A program made the position numbers and the translations under genes. Under the pieces are notes generated by a model, which was not told where the DNA came from, made no database searches, and saw only the letters and a program-made list of their open reading frames with translations. Positions 23,810 to 35,900 of a DNA stretch of 54,440 nt are shown here, in pieces. Within the stretch, counting starts at the first letter, position 1. Each line of letters opens with the position of its first letter. Source of the DNA: Octopus bimaculoides (Eukaryota); the NCBI RefSeq assembly GCF_001194135.2, contig NC_068999.1, positions 54,442,746-54,497,185 on the forward strand, given 5' to 3'.

Positions 23810-24369
23810 GTATGTAGTGGATTTATAGATTTCTGTGAGGAAGAAAGGGGTGGTTTCCTGTGATGACTGCTAATTGCATTGAAAATATTTTAGTGTCTTG
23901 GAACCATTCGTTCTCTGACACATAGATGTTCCTATATGATATACTGAAAATCTTTCAAAGCATGATGATGGTAGGCAGCAAGTCGGCAGAATCATCTGTT
24001 CTTGCTTTCTGAGTTCAAATTCTACTTTAACTTCACCTTTCAGGTTTGATAAAATAAGTACCATTTGAACACTGAGTTTGGTGTAATTGACTTAACTACT
24101 CCTGGGTAGGAGTATAAAAACTGCATTCCCCTACCAAACCACATTGAGCCAGTGTGACAGAGTAGGCTCATCAAATCAGTATGGCTCAGGTTCAAATTCA
24201 TGGCCTCCACATCAGACCATGGTTGGTAGAGAGAACATGCTGAGGCCCTTGTCCTGCAGTTGAATGAACATGAGCAATCCAACCCAATGATGATGGTAGT
24301 GATTCAGATTCTTTTTTTAAAAAGGTGGGTGGGGGGTATGATTTGGAGGTGGATTGCTTGATATAATTA

Positions 24370-25150
24370 TGAGGGTTGATTGAAAAGGTTATATGCTGAT
24401 CAGGATAATCTCACAGAATATGACCAATTGAGGTTAATTTTTCAGCGTAGTTGTCCTTGTTTACATACTTCTTTCAGTGTTGCAGTGCTTGAATCCTATT
24501 GTTGAAACTTTCATCCTGTTAGGCAAATAACAAATCAACAGCAGACATGATGCCATCTTCACTGCAATACTGGTTCCCGGTCAAGTGCTTTTTTTATGTT
24601 CAGAAACAGATTGTAGTCAGATGGGGCCAAATCATAAGAATATGGAGGGTGATTATCAACTTCAAAGCCATTGTCACACACAACAGCCATTAAAAACAAG
24701 GACTTGTGTGCATTGTCCTGATGAAACAAGACCCCTTTCATCAGTTTTTCTGGGCATTTGGTTTTGATATCCTTTCATAACTGCCTCGGCAGTTATGACA
24801 TAATACGCTCCTTTGATGGTATGGCCCTTTTGAAAATAGTCAATGAACAATATCTTTTGTATCTCCAAAAACTGAAACTATCACCTTCCCTGCAAATGAA
24901 ACGACTTTAGACTTCTTGCATGACTTGTCTCTTTGTCTTTGGCTTAAAGTGATGAAGCCAACTCATAGGTTAGGAGTTGCTCAAAGAAATTAGGGTCTGC
25001 CTCAAATAACGTCAGGTTTCCCTGCGATGTGATCAGCATAGTGTGCTTTTGAAGTGTTACTTGAACAGTCAGCTGTCAGATTCCCTGGAAAGAAATGGTG
25101 CAGTTATTATTAATAAGAGTTGAAATTAATGCATAGCATCACTCCTTCAT
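24370..25150 (-). mobile_element. mariner (Mos1/Hsmar-like) transposase fossil in eIF4A intron 8
   Basis: LFHQDNA and HPPYSYDLAPSDY motifs; TA-YGAGGG-like termini at about 24368 and 25150. Confidence 0.88.
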
Positions 25151-25282
25151 AGTGAGTGAGCCTCTGAATTTTTTAGCCCACCCAGAGACCACACTCTTGT
25201 GTTATCATTTACACTTGACTGCAACCTTGTTAGTGGCATCCTTTTTCCGTCCCATTCTATTGTCTGGTCTCTCTGGCATTTG

Positions 25283-25320
<38 letters not shown>

Positions 25321-25438
25321 TTGCCTAAATTTCATTAAATGCAACATGAGTATCCTTGATTTTCTCTTTTAATTTATCTAAGCTGGTTGATTTCTTGAAT
25401 CGTTGGCTATTCTGAACAAAGCATTTATATCTTTTCAG

Positions 25439-25608
25439 CATGGCGATATGGAGCAAAAAGAGAGAGACATCATTATGAAGGAGTTCCGCACAGGTTCCAG
25501 CCGTGTTCTTATTACCACAGATCTATTAGCTCGTGGAATAGATGTGCAACAAGTATCTCTGGTTATCAATTATGATTTACCTTCGAATAGAGAAAATTAT
25601 ATCCATCG
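25439..25608 (+). CDS. EIF4A: eIF4A exon 9 (HGDM...ARGIDVQQV...YIHR)
   Basis: Motifs V and VI start; phase 0 to 2. Confidence 0.97.
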
Positions 25609-25896
25609 GTGAGTGGAGTTTCATTATTTCAGTATCAATTTTGTTTATTTTATGATGCTTTTTTGGTTATTTATTGCTAAATGCATGCTTTTGAAGCTGT
25701 AGGTGCTTGCTTCCATAATTCTATCTCTACCCATTGTAGTATTCCACTTTAAATTGATCATTCAAAATAAGTTTGCTATCAACACAAAATTAAAAATAAA
25801 GTTTTAAGTTTCATAGACAATGCATGTGCTTATCACTTAATTGTTATTAAAGTGGTAGTTAGTAAAAACTTTTTTTTTTCCCCAATGTCTTTTCAG

Positions 25897-26041
25897 TATT
25901 GGCAGGGGTGGTCGATTTGGTCGTAAAGGAGTTGCTATCAACTTCGTAACTGAGGACGATATTCGGACTCTTCGAGACATCGAACATTTTTATAACACTG
26001 CAGTTGCTGAAATGCCTATGAATGTTGCTGACCTCATCTAG
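25897..26041 (+). CDS. EIF4A: eIF4A exon 10 ([11 protein letters not shown]...MPMNVADLI*)
   Basis: HRIGRGGR motif VI; the C-terminus MPMNVADLI is diagnostic of eIF4A1/2 (shared with eIF4A3, but SNWDEVV and GRFGRKG context fits eIF4AI/II); TAG at 26039-26041. Confidence 0.95.
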
Positions 26042-26116
26042 ATTTATTTTGGAGCAACCCTGTTTAATCTTGGAAGACAATCATTGTCTCTGCAGATCAT
26101 GAACTTCCTACAGCTT

Positions 26117-26158
26117 TTCCAAAGAAATTCTCTTCCAAAGAAATTCTCTTCCAAAGAA
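26117..26158 (+). repeat. Short tandem repeat in eIF4A 3' UTR (ttccaaagaaattctc x2.6)
   Basis: Directly visible 16-nt unit. Confidence 0.85.
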
Positions 26159-26290
26159 AAGAAAGAAAAAAAGATAAAAAGAAAAAAAAAAATCCCTTGG
26201 TTGTCTTACTGACTTGTTCTATGTTTTTTGTTAGCATAGTAAAACTATAATAAATTTCTCATTGTGTATGGGCATATATATATATGTATA

Positions 26291-26325
<35 letters not shown>

Positions 26326-28229
26326 GACATTTTTTTTTCTTTCTTAATTATACATAGCTGTTAAGTTCATAGGTATTGTATATAATACTTTAAACACAAA
26401 CCATATCAAAATTCATTTGTCCTGTTCTGACTAGTCATGTTATTTAAAAGAAAAAAAAATGTGTTTTTGGTGAAAAATCTTTACTCTATTTACTAAGTTT
26501 AAGTTACTTAATCCTTTGTGTATAAAGAAAAAGTGAAAGGAATGGAAAATGAATTAATAAAAATGGGTCTTATTTTAAATGGCTGTCCTAACAGTTAATT
26601 CTCCACTCTTGCGTTCCGGTAACATTCCATAATTGATCAAGCAGTCATTAAGAAGTTTAGTTATATTATTAAATGTTTACTGTTTCAAATGTTGTTCTTT
26701 TCTGCATATAAACTAAATGTTATTTTTATGCTTGATTTTAAAAATGGATCTTCCAGAATGAGGAGGATGGAAAGAAGCTGAAAATGAAATGTTTCTATAT
26801 TTTCTGTTTTCCATCCTTCATAGCATCTCTAACTAATATTTTACTGCTCTCTATAGTATACAAAGTGTAAGGTTCAAGTTTTCTGTCAGCAGGGATGATG
26901 ATGATGACAATGGGGGTGGTGAGGATGATGAAAATGTCCAGTTATATTTTAGATCACATGGTAGTTTTTACCTTAACAAGCTGGTTGGTTACTCATGTGG
27001 TATTAAAATAGTTTTTTAAAAAATTTCTCCTTCAGTTCTATATTGTACATTTTTATTCAGTCAAAAGGTTTTTTTTTTTTTTTTTTTTTTTACTTGTAAT
27101 TTAAATTTATTAAGTTAAAATAGATATTTAAAAAAAAAAACCTAAGTTTGGTTAAGTAGTCAGCATTGCAGGCCAGCAAGGATTGCTTTTTGTTTTCCAG
27201 TTCCTATCAGATGCAGTTTGAAAACTAAACCAAGATATATTCCTCTCCTGCAGCTGTTTTACCATCTCATTTTTTTAGTGGTTGTGTATTAAGGTCTCTT
27301 CACCATTTTTGTCATTGAAGTTTTATGCTGCTTGTTTCTGCAGATATGCAAGAAAAACTAGTTAGCATTTTTGAGCCAACCTCAAATGTGCTTTGTTGGT
27401 GTTTCATTTTTAACATTGACCAAAGACATGGCTGTGGTTTCAACTCTTTTTATTATTGCTCTCCTAAGTGGTGACAGACTTTATTACTATATTGACTCCT
27501 TGCTGCAGATCGATGGATATTTTGGAAACAACAGTTGTATGTCTGTATTCTCTGAATCATGGAATTACAAGAGATTACAGAAATATTTCATACTCTTGGT
27601 TTTGTCCATTGTTGAAATAAAAGATTATATTCTGTTTTGACTAATTCATTCAATAAAAGAAAAAAAGAGAAGGGGTAATTTAATTTTTTTGACTTGTTTA
27701 TTTGCATTTTTTTTTAAACTTTAAGTTCTCATGGTGTTCTGGGCTTAAATCCTGCCAAAGATCATTTAAAAGCAAAAAAAGAAAAGTATCGGCTGCATAC
27801 TGGGGTCAATTTAATTATCCACCTCAATGTTCAGATCTTGTCTGGGTTATTCTAAGCTTTTATGTGGGGTGGTGAATATCCCAATAGTTCATACTAGCTG
27901 CCTGTAAGGATATTGGAAATGATATCAATGGCTTTTTTTTAAAGACATTCTTCAGATTATGTGATGCTGATTCTAAATTATGCACATCATAGGAGATATG
28001 TTACCAATGTCAGATTTGAAGATACAATCTTTTTCTTTTTACAGAAAGGTTCTCTTTGAGTTTTTGACACGCGATCTGATTTATTTTAGCAGAATGTGCA
28101 CAAATAGGTGTTGCCAACAGTCAGTGGGAAAACCACTGGTTTTGAATGAATCTACATTTATTTATTGTGAGATGGTTGATTTGCCTAATAATGCGGGATG
28201 CAGTGTATATGTATATATTTATGTGTCTG

Positions 28230-28740
28230 TTGTGTCCCCACCATCGCTTGACAACCAATATTGGTGTGTTTATGTCCCTCTAACTTAGTGGTTTAGCAAA
28301 AGAGACTGATAGAATAAGTACTGGGATTGATTTCATCAACTAAAACTCTTTAAAGCGATGCTCCACCATGGTCACAGTCAAATGACTGAAATAAGTAAAT
28401 GAATAAAAGAATATATGGTAGGTTGCTTGCTTACCAACCACATGGTTCCAGTTTTAATCCTACTGCATGACACTTTGAGCAAGTGTCTTCTACTATAGCC
28501 TCGGGCCGATCAAAGCCTTGTGAGTGGATTTGGTAGGCGGAAACTTAAAGAAGCCCGTCGTATATATGTTTGTCCCCTCAACATCGCTTGACAATTGATG
28601 CTAGGGTGTTTACATCCCTGTAACCTAGCCGTTCAGCAAAAGAGACTGATAGAATAAGTACTTGGCTTACAAAGAATAAGTCCTGTGGTTGATTTGCTTG
28701 ATACGGCAGTGCTCCAGCATGGCCACAGTGAAATGACTGA
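28230..28740 (+). mobile_element. Two tandem SINE copies or tails
   Basis: Matches the reverse complement of 18050-18425 (cgcttgacaa...agcaaaagagactgatagaataagtac). Confidence 0.8.
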
Positions 28741-28805
28741 AACAAGTAAAACAGTGAAAGAATATATTTATGAATTCGTGTTGCAAGATTCCTGATGCGA
28801 AACAG

Positions 28806-29164
28806 ATATTGTTATATTTCAGGATTTTTTTTTTTTTTCCAAATAAACACAAGCACTATATATTTGTTCTTCACTTGTTTATTATTGTTCTTATCTTATG
28901 TCCATTGTCTGGAAATCTTTCACCACACAGTTGTGACCTCTTCAGCAATTCTGAAGGACAGAATGGACAAAGTGGAACAGGAGGATACATGTGGATGGAA
29001 AGGGCTGCTGAAGAGGTCACAGATGTGTGATGAAATATGATATTTCCAGACAATGGACAATAGATAAAATAAGAACATCAATAAGCAAGTGAAGAATGAA
29101 TATATAGTGCATGTGTTTATTTGGCAAGGAAAAAAAAAATGATCATCCTGAAATATAACAATAT
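28806..29164. mobile_element. Foldback MITE, about 360 bp with about 140-bp inverted arms
   Basis: atattgttatatttcaggat pairs with atcctgaaatataacaatat, and pairing continues to ctcttcagca/tgctgaagag. Confidence 0.85.
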
Positions 29165-29169
29165 ATATA

Positions 29170-29950
29170 CACAGACACAACAGAAGTAAATAGACACCCT
29201 TATAAGCATTAAAATTTAAATGTGAAATTATACATTCAAATTATTAATTGTTATAATGTGACTATTTAATATTTAGTAGACATGCCCTTTGCATTTTTCA
29301 ATGCAAAGACCCTATTAGGCATGTTACTGATCAGATGACATGTATTCTCTTGTGGAATTTCTTGTCAAGTTTCATGCAGTAATCTCAGAAGATCTGGCTT
29401 TGAAGATGCTTTCTTGTTCTTTTTATGAAGTGTTCTGTCCATTATGTCCCAGAGTTGTTCAATAGGATTCATATCTGGTGACTGGCCTGGCCATGGAAGC
29501 TTTTAATGCCATTCTCATCCAACAAATCTTTGGTCATTTTAGCCATGTGACAAGGAGCCCCATCATCCATAAATAAAGAGTCTTCTTTAATCATTTCTCC
29601 ACTGGAGAAGATTGGAAAGAGTCCTTTCTGCAATAAGGACACATATTCATCTAAGTTTATGTTTCCCTTATACTCCACTGTCTGATCAACCATTGTACCA
29701 AATTGCTCCCCAGACCATCACAGAATAGCTGCCGTGTTTCATTGTTGGCTTCAATCTTTTCACATCAAATTCTTTTTATCACAGAGTCTCCAGACCACTG
29801 TCAGGAAATGCAGCAAATCTGAACTCATCAGAGAATATGACTGTCCCAAAATGCTAGTGACCTCTCCACCATCTTCAGGTCCAATCTTTTCTCCACTTGA
29901 TATTGGTTGGTTGAAGAAGTAGCTTCCTTCTTGCTGCTCTGATTGATTTA
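29170..29950 (-). mobile_element. Tc1-like transposase fossil
   Basis: FMDDGAPCH motif and degenerate WPGQSPD; TIR-like agtaaatagacaccc at about 29185. Confidence 0.8.
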
Positions 29951-30747
29951 GCATTTGTCAAAATCAAGTGTGGAAAACAACATCCATCATGTGGTGTCCA
30001 TTTTCATTAATGCATTTCTGAAGGCATTCTTGGAAGTTGGCTTCCACTCTCCAGCATTGCTGTTGACTTGGCCAATTTCAACGTGAATAGCTTCCTTCAA
30101 ATCGTCCAGTGTATGGGGCTTATGCGCATACACACGTGCCTTGAGGTTCCCCACAAGAAATAATCACATTAACAAAATGAAGTTGTCATTTGCTTAAAAA
30201 ATTGTTTCCATCTGATGTGTGAAGTCAAGATGCTGTGCATAGTCCCACCTGTTGCCCAATGACCAATTTGTACAGGTGGAAATGCAGGTCTTCATGCAAA
30301 CTACATCTTACTGATCGATTATTGATGCCAAGTTCAGTGGAATGCCTCCAAGTAGAGCAATTTGGACTCTGTATCAAAGCTTGTCTGATGCATTCCACAT
30401 TTTGTGGGATCCGTACTGTTCGTGGTGCCCCCATGAGTATCCTGTTCATTAGTGTACCTTGTGTATGAAGTGCATTCACACAACAAGATTGTGTTATGGG
30501 TGGGAACAGCCTAAATTCAGTGAGTGTTGAAACTCACGCTGAACTGCTGTGAGAGACTTTTTATTCATCATGTGTTGTAGGCAAACACATGATGCTCTAT
30601 TGTCCACAGTGCCATGGCTTCACTTAAAAAGAAAAAAAAAATGCTAAGACACCATGGACTGAATGGTACCTGTCGGACATATGTCCCTCCCCCTGGGGCT
30701 GAGTAATAGCCATTTCAAAGATGTCCATCCTCTCTACCCCACCCTGT
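29950..30747 (-). mobile_element. Tc3/DD37D-type mariner fossil with internal deletion
   Basis: GAPRTVR...SVR..LHEDLHFH.YK (N-terminus) joined to LWG.LKARVY..KP.TLDDLKEAI (C-terminus); TA-CAGGGTG terminus at 30747. Confidence 0.8.
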
Positions 30748-30779
30748 ACTTAGGACGGATGACTGTTTGGGATACTTAG

Positions 30780-31110
30780 GTGCTGTAAACATCTTTAGTG
30801 AAGGTACATGGCTCAGTGATTCCTGGACTGTGTTTTGTGTATTGTGTTCTTGAGCAAGGCATTTTATTTCACGTTGCTCCAGTTCACTCAGCTGTAGAAA
30901 TGAGTCGTGACATCACTGGTGTCAAGCTATATCGACCCCTTTGCCTTTCCCTTGGATAACATCAGTGGCATGGAGAGGGGAGGCTGGTATGCATGGACAT
31001 CTGCTGGTCTTCCATAAACAACATTGCCTGGATTTGTGCCTCGGAGGATAACTTTTTAGGTGAAATCCCATGGTCATTCATGATCAAAAGGGGTCTTTAC
31101 CTTTTACCAC
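30780..31110 (+). mobile_element. SINE remnant (tgtgttcttgagcaagg...cactcagctgta family)
   Basis: tRNA-like head gtgaagg...tggctcagtg and the conserved SINE core motifs. Confidence 0.6.
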
Positions 31111-31169
31111 AAGAAACATTGCATGCATGACCATTCCATCTTTTTAGGAAGGAATAAAATGAAGAAGTG

Positions 31170-32100
31170 AATTCCTCAAAGCTATGAGGAAAAAAAGTCG
31201 TGTGAATTTTCCGAAACTCCTCTCCCCACCGCCTCGGAAAAATTCTTTCCAACAAATCTCTGCATACTCTGAATCTACAGCATCTAAACGGTATTTGTTG
31301 AAAATTTCATTAAAAAGTATCCATTTTCTGGAAGTTATGAGGCAACAAATTTGGTGGGGTACACATCTGTAGGAATGCCTTAATAAGTAAACATCCGTAG
31401 ACATAGCGAGTAATTTTTCTGGAATTTGGTCATCAAATGCACACACGAGTGAGTGCTGGACATACCTACACAAGTCTGACCTCCCTGCACAACTTTGTTT
31501 CTTCATAACTACCAGAAAGATGGATATTTTTAATGAGCTTTTCTACAAATACACTTCAGATGATGTAGGTTTAGATTGCACCGGAATTTGTTGTGAAAAT
31601 GTTTTTCTAAGGGTGGGGAGAAGGGTTTCGACAAATTCACACAAGTCGGCTTTGTTTCCTCATAACTTTCAGGAAAATTGATGTTTTTGTTATGAAATTT
31701 TCTACAAATACCTACCAGTTAATTGTTGGGCATGCACACATACATACTGACCCACACTTTTTTCGAAATTTCAAGTTTCATTTTGTAGTTGTGTCGTGTG
31801 CAAGCTCTCTTTTTTCTTTTTTTTTACCTATCAAATTCTGATATAATCTTCGTACGGCATCTGAAAAATATTTGTAGAAAATTACATTAGAAAATACCCA
31901 TTTTTCTGAAAGTTATGAAGATACAAGGCCGAATCGCTTGAATTTTCCGAAACTCTTCTATCCATTCTTGGAAAAAGAATTTTCACTACAAATTCCGATA
32001 TGATCAGAATCTACGCTATCTGAAGCATATTTACAGAAATTTTAATTTTAAAAACTCCATTTTTCTGGAAATTGGGAAGAAACAAAATCGAGCGAGTTTT
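31170..32100. repeat. Array of diverged ~170-bp units in both orientations
   Basis: gttatgagg...gaattttccgaaactc...ttgtagaaaa...ccattttctggaa seen on + at 31180 and 31910 and on - at 31495 and 31660. Confidence 0.75.
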
Positions 32101-32422
32101 CATCACAACTGTCCGACAAATGGGTTTGCAGCTTTAATAAAAGCATATTACTCTACTTTTGGTATTCGAGTACTATTTTTTCCACCTTATTTTGCACTTA
32201 TGTGCTCATCTTGTGGGTGTGCATATATATATATATATATTTGATTAATAAATTCAAAAAAGGATAAAAATCTTTTACAAGAATTTTATCAAGAAGCCAG
32301 TGTGTAAAAAAATTCACATGGGAAATTTCTATTCCCAAGAATATAATTATTCGTTTGTATTTATATAAGTGTATTACTACAGAATAATGCCACACAACAG
32401 ACTTCCCAAATAAACACATTTT

Positions 32423-32868
32423 GGTAGAGATGGACTATATGTAATCTGAACCTTTCACCCCCTTATTTATTAATTTTTTTACGGAATCCCACGTTTTAGG
32501 CTATGGAGATTCCGATTCTGAAAAAAAAANNNNNNNNNNNNNNNNNNNNNNNNNNNNNNNNNNNNNNNNNNNNNNNNNNNNNNNNNNNNNNNNNNNNNNN
32601 NNNNNNNNNNNNNNNNNNNNNNNNNATTTACATGCTAGAAATAACAGCCAAATCTCACAAAACTAGTGTTAGGGTTAGGGTCAGGGTTAGGTTTACCCTG
32701 TGGATCTATATAAAAACCGAGGTGGGGGGTGTCGAAATTTTGAAATTGAGATTTTTGAAATTTTTTTTTCAGAATCGGATTCTCCATGGTCTGAAACATA
32801 GGATTCCGTAAAAAAAACAAAATTTAAAAGGCGGGGTATACCCAGATTACATATACTCCATCTCCACC
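32423..32868. mobile_element. Inner MITE with long TIRs and 8-bp TSD (Merlin-like by GG termini; tentative)
   Basis: TIR GGTRGAGATGGASTATATGTAATCTG; identical CACATTTT at 32415-32422 and 32869-32876; spans an N gap. Confidence 0.75.
32530..32625. other. Assembly gap (N run)
   Basis: Ns. Confidence 0.99.
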
Positions 32869-33319
32869 CACATTTTAGTACCGAATGCGAGGAAAGCAAC
32901 CATCAACAGAAACCAACTTTCTTTTAAATAACTCAACTATGTTTCGACCGATTTCGCGATTACTAGAATGAAATCTAGTTTCCGTTCATCAGCATAGTAT
33001 AGTACAAAATATATATAAATAGACAAAATCCTAATTATAAACAGTACGTAAAAGAAAGTTGGTTTCTTTTGATGGTTGCTTTCCTCGCATTCGGTACGAA
33101 AATGTGTTTATTTGGGAAGTCTGTTGTGTGGCATTATTCTGTAGTAATGCCCTTATATATGTATGTATGTATACATGTATATGAACACACACACACACAC
33201 ACACGTGTGTGTATATATGTATATACGTGTATATGAACATACGTATATACACACACATATACGTATATACGTGTGTATACACACACATACATATAATCAG
33301 TGATAGATTGTGGAAGTGG

Positions 33320-33420
33320 GGGGAGGGGGTTGTAGAAACTGCAGCGAAGTTAACGTCTGCTGCCTATAGCGACATCTAGCGGAAGGCGCCAATCTAAAAA
33401 ATGTGATGGCGGCCTTCTGA
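33320..33420 (+). promoter_or_regulatory. RNF168 promoter and 5' leader
   Basis: CpG-rich patch with ETS-like GCGGAAG, CCAAT and YY1-like GATGGCGGC about 200 nt before the ATG. Confidence 0.5.
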
Positions 33421-33614
33421 CTGTGTCTCAGACTTCTGCTGAATCTTAAACTTCCTTTTTCCCATTTCTCTGTGGAAAGTCCCCCTCCCCCCAAATTGCA
33501 AAACAGCACATTGCTTTTTCTTCGGTACTGGCATAGAAATTATAAACAGTACGCAAAGGAAAGAGAGATACAACAGCAAACAAAAGGCCATCTCTAAGAT
33601 ACCAGTAGTAGTTG

Positions 33615-33891
33615 ATGGAGAACTATACGTGTCCGATTTGTATCAATCTTCTTATTGAGCCTGTAACGTTGCCATGCAAACATGAGTTGTGTCTTCCTTG
33701 TTTCCAACAGAACTTCGAAGAGAGCTTATGTTGCCCTATGTGCCGTACACGAATATCTTCGTGGGTGAGAAAACAGAGTAAAATTAATAAACTTGTCAAC
33801 GAAAAAAGATGGAAAGAAATCAAAACTTTATTTCCCGAGAAGGTTCGACTTCGTCAAGAAGGCTTCGAGGAAGATTCCGAAATAGATCAAA
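33615..33891 (+). CDS. RNF168: RNF168-like exon 1 (C3HC4 RING)
   Basis: CPICINLLIEPVTLPCKHELCLPC...CCPMCRTRISSW...LVNEKRW aligns to human RNF168 CGICMEILVEPVTLPCNHTLCKPC...CCPFCRRRVSSW...LVNVELW; phase 1 donor. Confidence 0.93.
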
Positions 33892-34899
33892 GTTAGTTCG
33901 AGTTCAAATTTTCCTTCCTTTATCGTTCATTTTATTGTTTTTCCGTTTGCGGAAATTCACTGAAAAAAAAAAGTATATTTACAGCTATAAATATTTAGTT
34001 TTATGTTTTTGTTGTTACTTGTGTGTGTGTCCGTTCGTTTGTTTTGAAAAATAGATGTTTATGGAATGAAGTGGAGGTCTTTGCTAAAGAGAGCTAAATA
34101 TTTCGTTATTTTTATACCATCACAACAAGTATTGTAGTTCATTGTTCAAAGGGCTGCATTGTGTAGTTGTAGTAGTGCTGTTTAGTGCTGCTGTATGCAT
34201 CAACTATCTGCCAGTGTGTGTGTGTGTTTAATATGCCTCCGTATTTGTTTATATGCAGATACGTCTATGCATACATGCTCGTCTACACATGTGCTTTGTA
34301 TGAATACACATTTAGTGATTAAGGCTTGCATATTTTGTATCCGTGGAATGTGGACGTATATGTTCATGTTGTGTGCATATTTATAGATTGTGTGTGTGAA
34401 CGTGTATATGCATATGTAGACATATAAACACGCACACATATATAGCTAGATAGAGGGATAGATAGATTTCGGATTTAAGATGCAAAAATAAAATAGAATT
34501 GAAGACTATTCATTGAAAACGCCAGCACAATCAGCAGGCTCCTGAGTCACATGCACAAGACCAACAGAGTTACTCTGGGTAATCTTTCATTACACACTTT
34601 TCAAAAAGCATTTGCCAGCTCTTCAGAATGCGTTTCAGTCCTCTATCCTTATCCTGAAAAATGAATGCTGGCTTGCAAAAATTCTAGAACTTTAGAGGCA
34701 TACAAACAGTTATGTCGTGTTTATGATTCAATAATGGCAATATATGGCACCAGGAATTGCTCCATGGTACCAGTCAAATCCAATATTAGACACCCACATC
34801 TCTTCTGAGAGAGTAGTCAACCAAAAGAGAGCACTAGGTTTCGATAATTCCTAAACCTGTAGATCAAGTGGTTATGGAGGAATTTTGTGAAATACTCCT

Positions 34900-35900
34900 C
34901 ATCCACTACCTTGAAGGTCCACCAGTCTTTGCTGAGGTTATTGTGCCTCATCACCACATCATAGAGGCGTAGAACATGAATATATACATCTAAATGTTGG
35001 AAAGGTGATTATTGTCCAACTCTAGAAAAACAAGGGAGACAAATCCGCTTTTTTCCAACAGTAAGAATGTAGCAATCTTGTCCATTACTGGGAAGGTTCT
35101 AGATAAGGTTATACTGGAAAGATTGGTGCAACCAATATCGGAAAACGTCCCACCAGTCCCAGTGACGCTTCTGCTGGACACAAGGTAGTTTCATGAGAAG
35201 TGCAGGACCACTTCATTGCATTTGTGGATCTGTGAAATACCATTGACATGGTAAACAAGGGATTGTGAGATGTTTTTAAAAAGTTTGGTTGCAAATCCAA
35301 ATTTATGAATCTCCTTTGTTAGATTTCAGAGTTGGCTCAAGTTATTGGAGAGTGGAACTGTGTGTTCAGTATAAAAATAGCAGTTTGTCAAGGCTCTGTG
35401 CTGCAAATGAAAAAAAATAGGATGGTGGAAGTCGGTATTAACTTTCTGACTTGATTTCAACTCAAGCTATCGCTGAGTCCAGATCTCGATAGGTCATAGA
35501 AATACAGTTAGCTGTTGACTGTGCTTTGGTAGCTCACACTCTGGAGCTTACATGATGGCACTACAAGTCGCCATGTCAGCTGCTGTTACAGCTTACAAAA
35601 GAATGAGTCACAGTTAACGTCCAATGTATTGAGGCCCAAAAGACACTTCTCTTCATTCCAGTTTTTCAGTACAACAGCAATTATTACTCACATTCTTCAG
35701 ATTCAGCTCCTTTGGCTGCAGCATTTCCAACACACACACGGAGATTCTAAACTGTCTCAGACCTGCCTCTGCAACCTTTGGAAAGTCTGTCTAAACAACC
35801 ATCAAGGTCCTTGTCTATTAGGCAGTTTGTGTTTCTATTGTCCTGAATTGGTATGAAACACAGCCAATACCTTTTGTGGCATTTACCATCTAGTATTTCC
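34900..35900 (+). mobile_element. RTE-clade LINE RT fossil
   Basis: KNKGDKS...ILSITGKVL..VIL.RL and FIAFVDL...D.VN...L..V.KKFGC motifs with many stops. Confidence 0.8.

Larger units (their letters stand above)
32360..33160. mobile_element. Outer foldback MITE
   Basis: attactacagaataatgccacacaacagacttcccaaataa (about 32370) is inverted at about 33105-33148; a second arm pair lies at 32877-32925 / 33047-33100. Confidence 0.8.

Noticed and set aside
23960-24015. ATGATGA...CTGA with an internal hairpin in intron 8
   Set aside because: Only about 50 nt, the putative guide is sequestered in the hairpin, and no convincing target.
32668-32692. TAGGGTTAGGGTCAGGGTTAGG telomere-like run
   Set aside because: Only about 4 imperfect units inside a MITE; not an interstitial telomere or a telomerase template.
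32938-32997. Hammerhead-like CTGATGA...CGAAAC on the minus strand in the MITE spacer
   Set aside because: The stem II closing pair is A.C and stem I has at most 3 weak pairs; at best a dead Penelope-type relic. An RNAMotif/Infernal HHR search would settle it.
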